In this document: positions 44,016-54,456 of the stretch, one piece after another | Position numbering within the stretch: the first letter of the stretch is position 1 | How the letters are laid out: each line of letters starts with the position of its first letter | Assembly (NCBI GenBank): GCA_040285745.1 | Contig: JAUFOR010000006.1 | Coordinates: 124,001-188,000 of the forward strand | Reading direction: 5' to 3' | Length of the DNA: 64,000 nt | Source of the DNA: Barthelona sp. PCE | Taxonomy: Eukaryota | Notes under the pieces: generated by a model | The model's database searches: none | Seen by the model: the letters and a program-made list of their open reading frames with translations, nothing else | What the model was told of the DNA's origin: nothing | Made by a program: the position numbers and the translations under genes

Positions 44016-47000
44016 TCAATTTCTTCTTCTCCTTCGTTTCATACGAACAATAGCTGCATCTGTATTGATAGAAAACATCTCTGTTGTTAAAGTCTTCCAC
44101 ATTCGACGAGATGTATCATATTTATACAACTGCCGCAACTGTTTCTCAGCCATAATTGATGGTCCCTTACCATATAACTTACGTACTTGAATATCACCAT
44201 TGATCTCAGTTACCATACAGTAAAGGCCTCTAAATCTCTTCATCTCTGCATCACTCAACATAACAATATAATAATCATATTCTTTAGCATCCAGTATCGC
44301 CAGTACTTCTTCACGAACTATCTTGTTCGGCTCACCCGCTAGGCAAAGAAAACGAATAGCGTTTCGAATTCTTTGAAGATTGGAAGATTGAGCATTTAAT
44401 GTTAATTTTTTCTTTGTTCGTTTGGGCATCGTAGGAAGATGCATCCTTCGCTTTTGTCTCTGCTTCTCAGGATTCTTTATCACCTGCTCAACGACGGTCA
44501 CCTTAGGGACGGTTGGTGGAACAAAAACGTTAGGCTCCACTCGTCGTAGAACCTCAGACTCATCATCGATATCATCAGTTCCAACATCAGGAGGGAACGT
44601 GGGCATACGCATGCGCCTGGCTGATGCACTGTTACTTTGTTCCGAGGTTGTGCTGAAGTGCGTAGGACGTGCAGTATTCTCTGGTGAAATAAAATCAACT
44701 TCAAATGCAACACCATTATCTTTCTTTCTCAAATATTCTAACTCCTCAGACCTCTTCTGTGACTCGGAAAATACCGTTGATACAGTAACAAATGCATCAT
44801 CTTCAAGCGGTAAACTAGTCAAATGAACATGGACATCACTCGGAACACGATTAATTCTATCAGGTGTTTCTGACAACATAATCTCAACCTTTGGCTTGGG
44901 TAGGGTGTTATATCTCCCTATTCCTTCCTCGATTGTTTCACTAAGAACACTAATAATGCTATCTTCAATATCAGAAACTTCTTGCTGAGATTCAGCAACG
45001 GGAGTGGGCTGCTTGATTTCGGCCACTGATGGACGTTGAATGATGGGACGTTGCGCTGGCCTGTGAATAATTGGTCTTTGAACATCAACTGATGGTTGCT
45101 GCACAGTAGTCACTTGGGGCTCAAACTCAACAGCATCTATGTGTTCAGGTTCTGATTCAGTTGTTGAGACCTCAAATTCTTCTTCTAAACCAATATCCAC
45201 ATCTATTAATGACTCCAACTTCTTTGCTAACTCAACAGATTGCTTCAGTAAAGATTCACTGACGGTTTTATGTTTCTCTACAAGATCTCTTTCATCTGTA
45301 TTATCTATAGAGCCCATAAGAGGGTTGCGTTCTAAAAATGAATCAAGTTCAGAATCTTCCTCCTGATAATGATCACTTTCTTCACTCACATTTGTCTCTT
45401 CCAAATCAATTCTTGGGATATTTGACGGTGGTGGTGTTTCTTTATGAACAAATTCCGTATCGCTAAGCACGAACAAATCTGTCTGCTCTTTAACAATATC
45501 CATACGTTCTTTTTCTAGTAAACGAGCCTCTAGTTCCTTCTTCTCTGCTTGTAAATCAGTAATCTGATTCAAAAACAAGCGCAACATAGATTGAACGTCA
45601 CTATGATCACTCATCTGCTCTTTTAACTGGGCTGGAACATTCATCATCATGGATCTACTCAACAAATCACCTGATGTTACCGGTCTAACCTTAGCTGGCT
45701 TAATAACTGGCTCTTCTTCCATCGGAATTTCTTCTTCATTCACTGGTTCATTCAACAGGCTATCTAGCGCATCATGTTCGCTGTCTGAGATGAAATAATG
45801 CCTTGTGTCACTTGGAATATCATCAAATTCTTCGTCCTCTATCGAATTCACTTCTTCTTCTTCACTTTCTGATAGCTCTTCTTCTTCACTTTCTGATAGA
45901 TCTTCTTCTTCACCTTCATCTTCTTCCTTCAGTTGCTCAGTCACTGCTATTACTTCAGAAGCACTAGCTTCTTTAAGAACATCGTTGACTAACGCTATGC
46001 TTCTCTTCAACAGCTCCTCTTCCTCAATAAGAACATTTTTTCGGCTGGATGGTGGAGTGGGCGATGCAGTGGGTGAGACTAATATGTCTTTAAACTGATT
46101 ATTGGCTGAATCAATCAACCTCTCCGTCTCTTGTTTCCAATCACTGAATAATGGCTCAGTCGCTTTCCGTGCTTGCTCCTGTAGGTCTAAACTACGCTTT
46201 ATGAGTGTCCTCTTCTTCACAGACAGCTTGTCCGGCGTGTCAGGATCGATTGCTACGAATCCTTGCGTCGGGGTGATCATATCTGAAGATAGTAAATCAA
46301 AAGTATCCTCTTCATCAATTGCAACCAATGGGGTCACTTCCTCCGGGGTACACTGCACCTCTTCCACCTCCTCAACTGTATCTGTTGATGCTGAGCGATG
46401 TGGAGCAATCTCATCAAGAACTAATGAATTAATCGTAGCAGATTCAAATTCCAATCGTCTTGTACTCCTTAGCGGTGGCAGCCCGCCTTCAATGTCTTCA
46501 GAAACGACACTGCATTCACGGGATGGAGTTCTGTGAATCGTAGAAATTCGTTTTGAATTAATAGCTTCTATCTGTTCATCAAACTCACTTAACACATCAT
46601 CATCATCGTATGGTTGCTCTGTGTTGCTGTGTATCTCGATGGGCGTCTCACTTTGTGACGTTGCACTGTCAAGCCTACATTCTGTTGTGCTATCTTCTTC
46701 ACTTCGTTCAACAATAAGATTATGGACATTGAATCTACGCATATGCCAGGGTCTGTGTTCAGCGATCAGGAACTTTAGAAACAGACTCGTCTCTAAAAAT
46801 GGTGAAATATAACGATATTCTATATCAAATTGAATTGGATCTGCAATCAAAAAATATTGAAAAAAATCAAAACTCTGTAACTTTTCCAGATTTTCTTTCT
46901 TGCTAGACGTCTGAAACGGTCTTATATCGATATCAGAAATCTTATAATCAACTTCATGATAAGAATCTTCATAATACAGCATAAAAAGCAAACATAACAT

Positions 47001-47822
47001 TGGTGTAAACATATTTCCATCAATACAATACTCTAATCCAGTGAAAATCTCATCAAAAACACTAAAATTCATATTCAAAAAATCTTCATCAGCATTATTT
47101 GTATCCAAAAAAGTCGCAAATGTTTGGAGAGTGACAAATGCCCACATAGATAAAGCACCGTTCAACGTGTAGTCGTCTGGGTCCGTGCCCACTGTAACTA
47201 CATCCAGCTGTATTACCTTATCTATTACTCGACATATCTGATGAATGTTTTGCGAACAAAAAGCTACGTATCTGGAAGACATTGCAAATAATAGACTATA
47301 GTGGCAAAGTGGGAAGAACGGTTTACGACTGTGTAAGGCTTTATGAAGAGGAATTCCTCTAGGCAGAACACACCCACATTTTTGACGTTTTCCTCCTCCT
47401 ACAAGTGTTCTTTCTGTTGTTCTGTGCCCGCTGCTCTCGCAAAACATGCCAAGATTAGGAACTGTGATGTCATGACTGGCCAGATGCTCAAGCATAAGTT
47501 CAAAAAAACTTTCTGTGTTTGTCTCAGGACTTTTCTTTAAATTATCACGGACAATGGCATGGAACACAAGGAAATAAAACTTACCATCACATAAAAACTC
47601 GATAACTTCAGGATTATTAGCTCTAAAATTGGAAACATCATCAAGGAGCTCAATGATGTCTGCGCATTCGCTCCAATATGCCTGTATTAGCTGGGAAAGT
47701 TCCACAAACAACGTACCACTTGCTGAAAGATGCATAAAATTATCCAAAATATCAAAACCCCATCGAATCGCTGTTAACAACGATAAATCTATACTTTTAG
47801 CAACGGTTTTCTTTCTTACCAT
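44016..47822 (-). CDS. CAMSAP: CAMSAP/Patronin-like microtubule minus-end protein with C-terminal CKK domain
   Basis: C-terminal 'SNLQRIRNAIRFLCLAGEPN...FRGLY...KLYGKGPS...LYKYDTSRRMW...FSINTDA' is a CKK domain; long acidic/coiled-coil linker. Confidence 0.87.
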   Translation of the reverse strand: MVRKKTVAKSIDLSLLTAIRWGFDILDNFMHLSASGTLFVELSQLIQAYWSECADIIELLDDVSNFRANNPEVIEFLCDGKFYFLVFHAIVRDNLKKSPETNTESFFELMLEHLASHDITVPNLGMFCESSGHRTTERTLVGGGKRQKCGCVLPRGIPLHKALHSRKPFFPLCHYSLLFAMSSRYVAFCSQNIHQICRVIDKVIQLDVVTVGTDPDDYTLNGALSMWAFVTLQTFATFLDTNNADEDFLNMNFSVFDEIFTGLEYCIDGNMFTPMLCLLFMLYYEDSYHEVDYKISDIDIRPFQTSSKKENLEKLQSFDFFQYFLIADPIQFDIEYRYISPFLETSLFLKFLIAEHRPWHMRRFNVHNLIVERSEEDSTTECRLDSATSQSETPIEIHSNTEQPYDDDDVLSEFDEQIEAINSKRISTIHRTPSRECSVVSEDIEGGLPPLRSTRRLEFESATINSLVLDEIAPHRSASTDTVEEVEEVQCTPEEVTPLVAIDEEDTFDLLSSDMITPTQGFVAIDPDTPDKLSVKKRTLIKRSLDLQEQARKATEPLFSDWKQETERLIDSANNQFKDILVSPTASPTPPSSRKNVLIEEEELLKRSIALVNDVLKEASASEVIAVTEQLKEEDEGEEEDLSESEEEELSESEEEEVNSIEDEEFDDIPSDTRHYFISDSEHDALDSLLNEPVNEEEIPMEEEPVIKPAKVRPVTSGDLLSRSMMMNVPAQLKEQMSDHSDVQSMLRLFLNQITDLQAEKKELEARLLEKERMDIVKEQTDLFVLSDTEFVHKETPPPSNIPRIDLEETNVSEESDHYQEEDSELDSFLERNPLMGSIDNTDERDLVEKHKTVSESLLKQSVELAKKLESLIDVDIGLEEEFEVSTTESEPEHIDAVEFEPQVTTVQQPSVDVQRPIIHRPAQRPIIQRPSVAEIKQPTPVAESQQEVSDIEDSIISVLSETIEEGIGRYNTLPKPKVEIMLSETPDRINRVPSDVHVHLTSLPLEDDAFVTVSTVFSESQKRSEELEYLRKKDNGVAFEVDFISPENTARPTHFSTTSEQSNSASARRMRMPTFPPDVGTDDIDDESEVLRRVEPNVFVPPTVPKVTVVEQVIKNPEKQRQKRRMHLPTMPKRTKKKLTLNAQSSNLQRIRNAIRFLCLAGEPNKIVREEVLAILDAKEYDYYIVMLSDAEMKRFRGLYCMVTEINGDIQVRKLYGKGPSIMAEKQLRQLYKYDTSRRMWKTLTTEMFSINTDAAIVRMKRRRRRN
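45853..45913 (-). repeat. 24-bp coding tandem repeat x2.5 (LSESEEEE) in the CAMSAP linker
   Basis: tcttcttcttcactttctgatagc / tcttcttcttcactttctgataga / tcttcttcttcac. Confidence 0.85.
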
Positions 47823-47877
47823 CTTGCTAACATAAAAAAGAAAAGGTTTAAAAACGTTTTACACAGTTGAAATAAAA

Positions 47878-50800
47878 TTACAATCTGATCTTGGATTTAG
47901 GACGTCTGCGAGCAGTCGTCTTGTTTGCGGGGCGATCAGTAGTGCGATATCTGGTGGCATTTTCAGCAGAAACCTCACGTTCTTCACGTGCGATATCATG
48001 ATGCATCATTTCCAGATAGGGTTTTCCCTTGAATAACAAGGGTGTAGAGTGCTTGCTTTCGTACTCAGGAAGCAAAGAAACAAGCTGATCATTCAAACGA
48101 GAAAGTTCCTTAACAAACTCACGACGTTGCTTTTCTTCCTTCATAAGACGAGTAGAATCACCAACAAACAAACGCTTGGGATCAGTAGCTTGTTTGTTAA
48201 ATTCACGAAGACGATACTTGATAAATTCTCGACGTGTGATCAACTCAATCAGAGGTAATTGATCTTGAAGACGAAGGACTTCACGACCATAGAACTCAAG
48301 AACTGGCTCATTGTACTCTGTCATTGAAGAAACAGCGTTCAAGAAATCAAGCTGTTCCTTCTCAGATGTTTCAAGAACCTTCCAGAGTTCACCCATCTTG
48401 TTCTTGAATGTAGATAGTTTACGTGCCTTGGCAGCATTGGCCTGTTCAACCTTCTGCTTCTCCATTGCTTCTTCCTGACGACGAACCAAATCTTCGTTCT
48501 CACGAAGCTTGATTTGTTGTTCCTTCTCCTTGATCTGGATCTCAAGAGTCTTGTAACGTTCCATTGCATCAAAATCACGTTCCTCAAGAATTTCTTGTTG
48601 TTTAGCAAGCTTTTGTTCAAGTTGCTCAATAATAGAACTAAATTGTGACTTGCATTGCTTAGCATAATCACTCTTCCAAAGAGCAAAGTCCATTTCGAGC
48701 TTCTTGAGAGCAAGAACATTAGTGTTGTTCTCCTGCTCAATACCAAGACGCATGGTGCGTTCCTCAGAAATCTTAGCTTCATAAGTCTCGCGCATTTCGT
48801 CAAGTTTCTCAGTGACGGCAGTGAGTTGCTCTTCAGTTTGAGTGCGAAGAGTAGCTTCATAGTCTGAACGCATAGCAGCAATGGCCTTGAGCTTGGATTC
48901 AACTTCTTCACGACGCTTATTGAAACCATTCTCAACATCACGACAACGTTTCTGATAAAGTTCTTCGAATTCAGCCTCTTTAACAGCAATCTGAGCAATT
49001 TTTTCATCCTCATTAGCCTCAACCTTCTTCTGATATTCATCATGAAGACTGTCACGCTCTTCTTGCCAGGTCTTTGCCTTTTCTTCAAGAACTCGATCAT
49101 GTGCCTCTTTGAATTCTCTCATCTTCTCGTTAAGACGTGAATCTGTCTGAGCGTTATACTCAGTTTGATGATAATGGAGGATCTCTTCCTTCTTGAGGTA
49201 CTCATCATGTAAGTCCTTACGTTCCTTTTCGAACTGCTCAGCAAGAGCCTTCTTCTCAGCATCAACTTGTTCACGGACTTCCTTGATAAGATCTTCGAAA
49301 CCAGCTTGCTTTGTAGCAATAATTTCGTCGGAAATATTGCGCCATTTCTTCTCAATATTGATTTCATTCTCAACAATGGCAACACGGTTCTGAGAAGCCT
49401 CATCGAGAACATCCTTAAGCTCAGCATCATGTTTAGAACGGATTTCAGAGATACGATCATCGTAATCGGCTCTAAGTGAAGAAACAACAGTATCCAACTT
49501 GGCAGCAGAATCACGCTCAAGCTTCATACTAATCTCAGTGAGCTCAAGCTGATGTTTGTTCTTCTGAAGTGCCATTTCGCGTGAATGTTCACCCTGAAGT
49601 TCGGTTTCACGAAGTTTAAACTTGGTATCAAGCTTCTCTTCCTCGATAGCCATGCGCTTGAGGACTTCAGCCTCGATAACGCGCTCAGATTCACTCTTGA
49701 TGTTGAGTATCTCAACATCCTTAGAGAGAAGAGCCTCGTTGAGAGTGTCAATGGTGGCCTTAAGCTCACGCATACGGTTCTCGTGTTCCTGACGCATAGT
49801 CTTCATAGTATCAAGTGCACGAGTCTCGTATTTCTCCTTCATCTGAGTCTCAATACGCATACGATCAACCTCAGCATCACGCATCATACTTTCTTCCTTG
49901 ATACGAAGGGAATCCTCCTTATCTTCGATATCATGAAGAAGAGCCAACTTCTTATCGTGGAATTCAGTTTCAAGTTCATGACGTTGAACATCATAACGCT
50001 TCTTAAGCTTCATTTCACGATCTTGAAGGGATAACTCGAGCTGACGGGATTGTTCCAGATACTCAGCAAGTAGCTGTGCCTTAAGCTGATCGAGCTTAGA
50101 CTTTTCATTGTTGAGGAGAACACGAGTGTGTTGACGATCACGAGCAAGTAATGTTCGAAGTTCAACGAGAACGGACTCACGAACCTTGAGTTTCATGTCC
50201 TCAACCTCGCGTTCCTGCTCATCGATGGCCTTTTGCTTCTCTTCCATCATGGCAAGGAACTCTTGATGGTTCTGTTCATATCTAGACTTTTGTTGAGCCA
50301 TAAAAACATCCTTTTCGGCATCATACTTCTTCCTAAGTTCAATCTCAAGCTGAACCTTGGCGTTTTCAAGCTCAAGTTCCTTCTTTTTGTAATCTTCAGC
50401 CTTAGTACGCAGGTTTTGATCAAGAATATCCTTCTCAGCAATCAGTTCCTTCTCCTTCTCTGTGACAAAGGTCTCCTTCTCAGTGGAGAGCTCCTCACGA
50501 AGCTTCTTCTCAGTCTCTCGAGTCTCAGCAAGGAAAGCACGTTGTTGCTCAATCATTTCATCTTGCTTGGCACGTACCTCAGACCAGACGCGATCTTCAA
50601 ATTCAGAACGAGTCTTGGCCTCAGTCTGCTTATAAGACTCCATAATACCAGTGTAACGCTCACGAACGCTGCTCTCAAAATCAAGTTTCTCGGCTTCAAG
50701 CTTCTTCTGCATATCAAGCTTAGCCTGTTCAACAGCAGCCCATTCCTCCTTCTCCTTCTCAACACGACGGTTAATGACGTCCTTACAGTTGTCAAGGTTA

Positions 50801-53334
50801 GTAGCCATAAGAGCCTTGTATTTAGCCTTGATATCGCTCTCGAACTTGATGATACCACGGTTAATGCTGTTAATCTTCTGCTGATACTCACTCTCAATGG
50901 TGTGGACGTAATCACGCTCACGTTGCTGACGTTCAGCATAAGTTTCACGCATCATTTCAACTTCAGCTGCAATCTGCTTCTTGAATTGCTTACGGGCTTC
51001 AATATCTGCCTTAATATGTTCAACCTCAAGCTTCTTCTTGTCCATAATGTGTTGGATCTCGGCGTTCTCCAGCTCAACAAGGTGTGCGCTGTGTGCGGCT
51101 GCTAAAGCATCATCTTTTGCGACAATAACATTGGCATAATCATCGTGCAGCTTCTTAACAGCGTCAGTGTGTGTACCAAGCATAGCATCCTCCTTGGTCT
51201 TGAACAGCTGAAGATTTTCTGCAAATTGTGAATCAAATTCAGTTTGAAGCTTGGTGACGTAGTCATCATGTTCGAGTTTCTGCTTAGAGAGAAGCTCATC
51301 ATAAGTGTTACGCATATCAAGGATCTGTCCATCTTTACGTTCAGTAAACTTCTTCTCCATCTCTGAAATCTTGTTTTGGTGCTCAATCTCAGCTTCGTGC
51401 ATCTTAGAAACAACAATCTCATCAAGCTCGGACTTCTTCTTGAAATAGTAGTCTTGCAATTGTGCACGTTCTTGTTCGAGTTCATTGCGGATATCCATAA
51501 CCTTCTTCTGATGAGATTTACGCTCATCGTCGAGTTTGTTCATATTACTTTGGTGTACAGCAGCAATCTTTTCTCCCAAGTTCTCCATCAACTCACGCTC
51601 ATAACGTTCACGCATGCTGTTAACAGAAGAAGAATTAATCTTGTTCTCGAGTTCATTCATCATACCATGAGTGGCCATCTCAAGGTCCTTAATATCCTTA
51701 AGATAGTTCTCACGAAGCTTCTCAATTGCGGCTTCATAGTGGATACGACGTTCACTCTCAAATGCTTCACGGTGCTCTGATGTTAAACGCTGATGGTTAA
51801 GGAACTCTTCCTGCAACTTAGCGAGATCAGTACGATAACGGTCTGCCATAAGGTTCTGTTCAAGAGCCAACTTGTTACGGAGCTCTTCAATTTCCTGCAT
51901 ACGCTTCTCCTCATAGGCCTGACGCAGTTTCATCATATTGACATCAGACTGCATCTTCATATCCGCGATATCACGGTCCTTCTCGGATAACAATGAATCA
52001 AAACGACTACGGACCTCCTCAAGCATTGATTCGTAACGTGAAGCCATCTCTCGTTCACGCAATGAAAAATCTTTACGAATCTCCTCTTCTTTTCTCAAAA
52101 AGATCTGATGCAGCTCTTCACGAACTGATAAAAGCTTTCCGCTGTAGTTTGACCGAACATCTTGTAAACGAGCCTCGTATTTCTCAACCTCCTTTAAGGA
52201 ATCATCCTTCATACGTTGAATCAGACCATCAAACTTGCTCTCGAGTAGTTTAAGAGCGTTGGCGCGCATCTCAGCATTTCTTCGCTCGAGATCGACAATC
52301 TCTGATCGATAATTTTCTCGCAACTTCATGTTCTCTTCGTTTAATGAATCTTTGAGTGTGTTAAGACGTTCCATGAAATTGTTGAGCTTCTGCTCTGACA
52401 TTTCACGCTCTTTAACAACCTCACGGTCCTTATCAGCGACAAGACCACGTACTCGGTCAGATTCACGTTCCTTCATTGCAGTGATTTCACGAACGTTACG
52501 GATCTCGGTGTTGCGGAGTTCCTGCTCAAGTTGAGAACAACGAGCTTCCCAACGTTCATTGAGTTCCTTTTGACGATTAAGCAACTTATCTTGAAGATCG
52601 GAACGTTGCTCAAATAATTGGTTCTTCAACTTTTCAATCTCCTCCTCATAGAGTTCCTTGAGCTCTTTAATACGGGATTCGGCTTCAGTTTGCTTGGATT
52701 CTTCAACTTCAAGCAATTTAGAACGCATTGTACGACCAAGTTCATCCTCACGACGGGTGTGATCCTCCTTCATGCGGTTCAATTCTTCGTGATGCTCATC
52801 AACTGCATCATTGAACTTCGTACGAAGACTATGCAGCTGTGTGTCTTTATCATCAATGGTGCTCAATAAACGACGCTCAATCTTCAGTTTTTCATCAGAG
52901 AGAAAATGAGTCTTGCCCAGATCGTCAACTTCGGTACGCAGGGCAGATAATGTGAGGTCGTCATCATGTTTAGAACGATCAAGATCGATACGATCAGGAA
53001 TCACAATATCATGGGAAGGTTCCTCAACAATGTGATCAATGGCCTCCTCGACGGGTTCCTCGACAACAGGGGTCTCATCAACAACAGGTTCAACAGGAGA
53101 CTTAGGAGTGGATACAACTTCTTCTGCTGCTTTCTTAGCAGCACGCTGTTCACGGAAACGAGCCAGGCGGTCGATACGCTCAGATTTGGGCGTGACCATG
53201 GCTGTGGTGACAGGTTTTTCTTCAGCAACAACGTGAACTGGTGCTCTTTCAACTGTTGTTGAAGGTGAACCCATTTCGCGCTTAGCTTTGAGAGCACGGA
53301 GCTTTTCTAAAGCTGCGCTCTTCTTATTTTGCAT
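47878..53334 (-). CDS. Giant coiled-coil protein (~1800 aa) with C-terminal MAP65/Ase1/PRC1 (CCDC87-like) module
   Basis: About 1500 aa of E/K/R heptads. C-terminal 'LITRRE...DPKRLF...LMKEEKQR...L..YESKHSTPLLFKGKPYLE' resembles the MAP65/Ase1 microtubule-binding motif. Confidence 0.72.
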   Translation of the reverse strand: MQNKKSAALEKLRALKAKREMGSPSTTVERAPVHVVAEEKPVTTAMVTPKSERIDRLARFREQRAAKKAAEEVVSTPKSPVEPVVDETPVVEEPVEEAIDHIVEEPSHDIVIPDRIDLDRSKHDDDLTLSALRTEVDDLGKTHFLSDEKLKIERRLLSTIDDKDTQLHSLRTKFNDAVDEHHEELNRMKEDHTRREDELGRTMRSKLLEVEESKQTEAESRIKELKELYEEEIEKLKNQLFEQRSDLQDKLLNRQKELNERWEARCSQLEQELRNTEIRNVREITAMKERESDRVRGLVADKDREVVKEREMSEQKLNNFMERLNTLKDSLNEENMKLRENYRSEIVDLERRNAEMRANALKLLESKFDGLIQRMKDDSLKEVEKYEARLQDVRSNYSGKLLSVREELHQIFLRKEEEIRKDFSLREREMASRYESMLEEVRSRFDSLLSEKDRDIADMKMQSDVNMMKLRQAYEEKRMQEIEELRNKLALEQNLMADRYRTDLAKLQEEFLNHQRLTSEHREAFESERRIHYEAAIEKLRENYLKDIKDLEMATHGMMNELENKINSSSVNSMRERYERELMENLGEKIAAVHQSNMNKLDDERKSHQKKVMDIRNELEQERAQLQDYYFKKKSELDEIVVSKMHEAEIEHQNKISEMEKKFTERKDGQILDMRNTYDELLSKQKLEHDDYVTKLQTEFDSQFAENLQLFKTKEDAMLGTHTDAVKKLHDDYANVIVAKDDALAAAHSAHLVELENAEIQHIMDKKKLEVEHIKADIEARKQFKKQIAAEVEMMRETYAERQQRERDYVHTIESEYQQKINSINRGIIKFESDIKAKYKALMATNLDNCKDVINRRVEKEKEEWAAVEQAKLDMQKKLEAEKLDFESSVRERYTGIMESYKQTEAKTRSEFEDRVWSEVRAKQDEMIEQQRAFLAETRETEKKLREELSTEKETFVTEKEKELIAEKDILDQNLRTKAEDYKKKELELENAKVQLEIELRKKYDAEKDVFMAQQKSRYEQNHQEFLAMMEEKQKAIDEQEREVEDMKLKVRESVLVELRTLLARDRQHTRVLLNNEKSKLDQLKAQLLAEYLEQSRQLELSLQDREMKLKKRYDVQRHELETEFHDKKLALLHDIEDKEDSLRIKEESMMRDAEVDRMRIETQMKEKYETRALDTMKTMRQEHENRMRELKATIDTLNEALLSKDVEILNIKSESERVIEAEVLKRMAIEEEKLDTKFKLRETELQGEHSREMALQKNKHQLELTEISMKLERDSAAKLDTVVSSLRADYDDRISEIRSKHDAELKDVLDEASQNRVAIVENEINIEKKWRNISDEIIATKQAGFEDLIKEVREQVDAEKKALAEQFEKERKDLHDEYLKKEEILHYHQTEYNAQTDSRLNEKMREFKEAHDRVLEEKAKTWQEERDSLHDEYQKKVEANEDEKIAQIAVKEAEFEELYQKRCRDVENGFNKRREEVESKLKAIAAMRSDYEATLRTQTEEQLTAVTEKLDEMRETYEAKISEERTMRLGIEQENNTNVLALKKLEMDFALWKSDYAKQCKSQFSSIIEQLEQKLAKQQEILEERDFDAMERYKTLEIQIKEKEQQIKLRENEDLVRRQEEAMEKQKVEQANAAKARKLSTFKNKMGELWKVLETSEKEQLDFLNAVSSMTEYNEPVLEFYGREVLRLQDQLPLIELITRREFIKYRLREFNKQATDPKRLFVGDSTRLMKEEKQRREFVKELSRLNDQLVSLLPEYESKHSTPLLFKGKPYLEMMHHDIAREEREVSAENATRYRTTDRPANKTTARRRPKSKIRL

Positions 53335-53547
53335 TGTAAACGAATGATAAGGCGAAAAATAATTCAAACGTGAAATGAAATGTTAAACTGGGGTCGCGAA
53401 AAAGCTCATCGGGAATGATGGGCTGCTTATTTCCTGAAATGATGTCTTAAAGTAAGCTAAAGGCAAAAACAAAACACTTATTCTTTTTTGAGATTGTTTT
53501 ACGTTTTCACCGCCTTTTCGCCTACGTCATCACTGTAGGATAGATTG

Positions 53548-53892
53548 ATGATGACCGAAGAGCCAACAAGCACTGCATTTCAGTTCAATATTGTAGACAG
53601 TGATGAAGAAAATGAGGATTGTTACACTAAATGTCTTTCTGTGATAGATAAACAGTTAAAATCGCTTGTTCCAGTAGCCAAGGAACCACCTTACGTCACA
53701 GAAAGTGCTTCAGAAGCTGAACAAGTATCTGATTGTGAAGAAATTATTATGTACCATCGTACTTCACAAAAATCAGATCAAGATTTTAAAGAATTTATTG
53801 AAATGGAACAGATGATCATGCGACAAACTGCACAAACTCCAATTGAAGAATTGGAAAAAGAATTATTAATTGAAAAAGAAGAACCTGCTTAA
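53548..53892 (+). CDS. Small acidic hypothetical protein
   Basis: ORF preceded by CCTTTTCG (53513-53520); its stop abuts the stop of the convergent gene. Confidence 0.62.
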   Translation: MMTEEPTSTAFQFNIVDSDEENEDCYTKCLSVIDKQLKSLVPVAKEPPYVTESASEAEQVSDCEEIIMYHRTSQKSDQDFKEFIEMEQMIMRQTAQTPIEELEKELLIEKEEPA

Positions 53893-54330
53893 TCACCTTT
53901 TTTTCTTTCTATTTTTGTATTTAATTGGTGTTGGGAACGGTAATATGTCATTTGATGACTGATGTGTTGCTGTAGTATTCCACATTGCAGTTTTTTTCGA
54001 ATCTTCCAAATCTGCAAGGGTTAATGGTTCATCATGATGATTTTGTGGAATAGAACGCATGGGAGATCTGATTGTTAGATTGCTCCGTTGTATTGAAGAA
54101 TGCAAAACGTTTGTAGCTGATGATTTAAGTTCATCTTCTTCATGTACCTTTCTTTTAGTAAACATAACACTGTAACTGTTACGCTTTCGATCCATTTCCC
54201 TGATTTTTTGCAATTGTTTCTTCATATCACTTTGCCTTAAAAAGGAGAACATTTTTCTTGAAGAACGAACTCGTTTTTGATCCCCTTCAAGATGTCTGGA
54301 GTATACTGTCGTGTCAACAAGACTACTCAT
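53893..54330 (-). CDS. Small basic hypothetical protein, 145 aa
   Basis: ATG-initiated ORF ending in an NLS-like KNRKKKR. Confidence 0.62.
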   Translation of the reverse strand: MSSLVDTTVYSRHLEGDQKRVRSSRKMFSFLRQSDMKKQLQKIREMDRKRNSYSVMFTKRKVHEEDELKSSATNVLHSSIQRSNLTIRSPMRSIPQNHHDEPLTLADLEDSKKTAMWNTTATHQSSNDILPFPTPIKYKNRKKKR

Positions 54331-54456
54331 GTGTGAAATTCAATAAACTGAACAAGAAAAAGAAAATATACAAATAATCAGCCAATTTACTATATTTCAA
54401 CCTCTAAACTATATAATAACACATCATAATAAACATCATTAATGCATGTTTATTGT

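Noticed and set aside
48049..53297. Many overlapping alternative-frame and antisense ORFs (also within the kinase, CAMSAP and RPB2)
   Set aside because: Explained by codon bias of the host CDS; no recognisable motifs.
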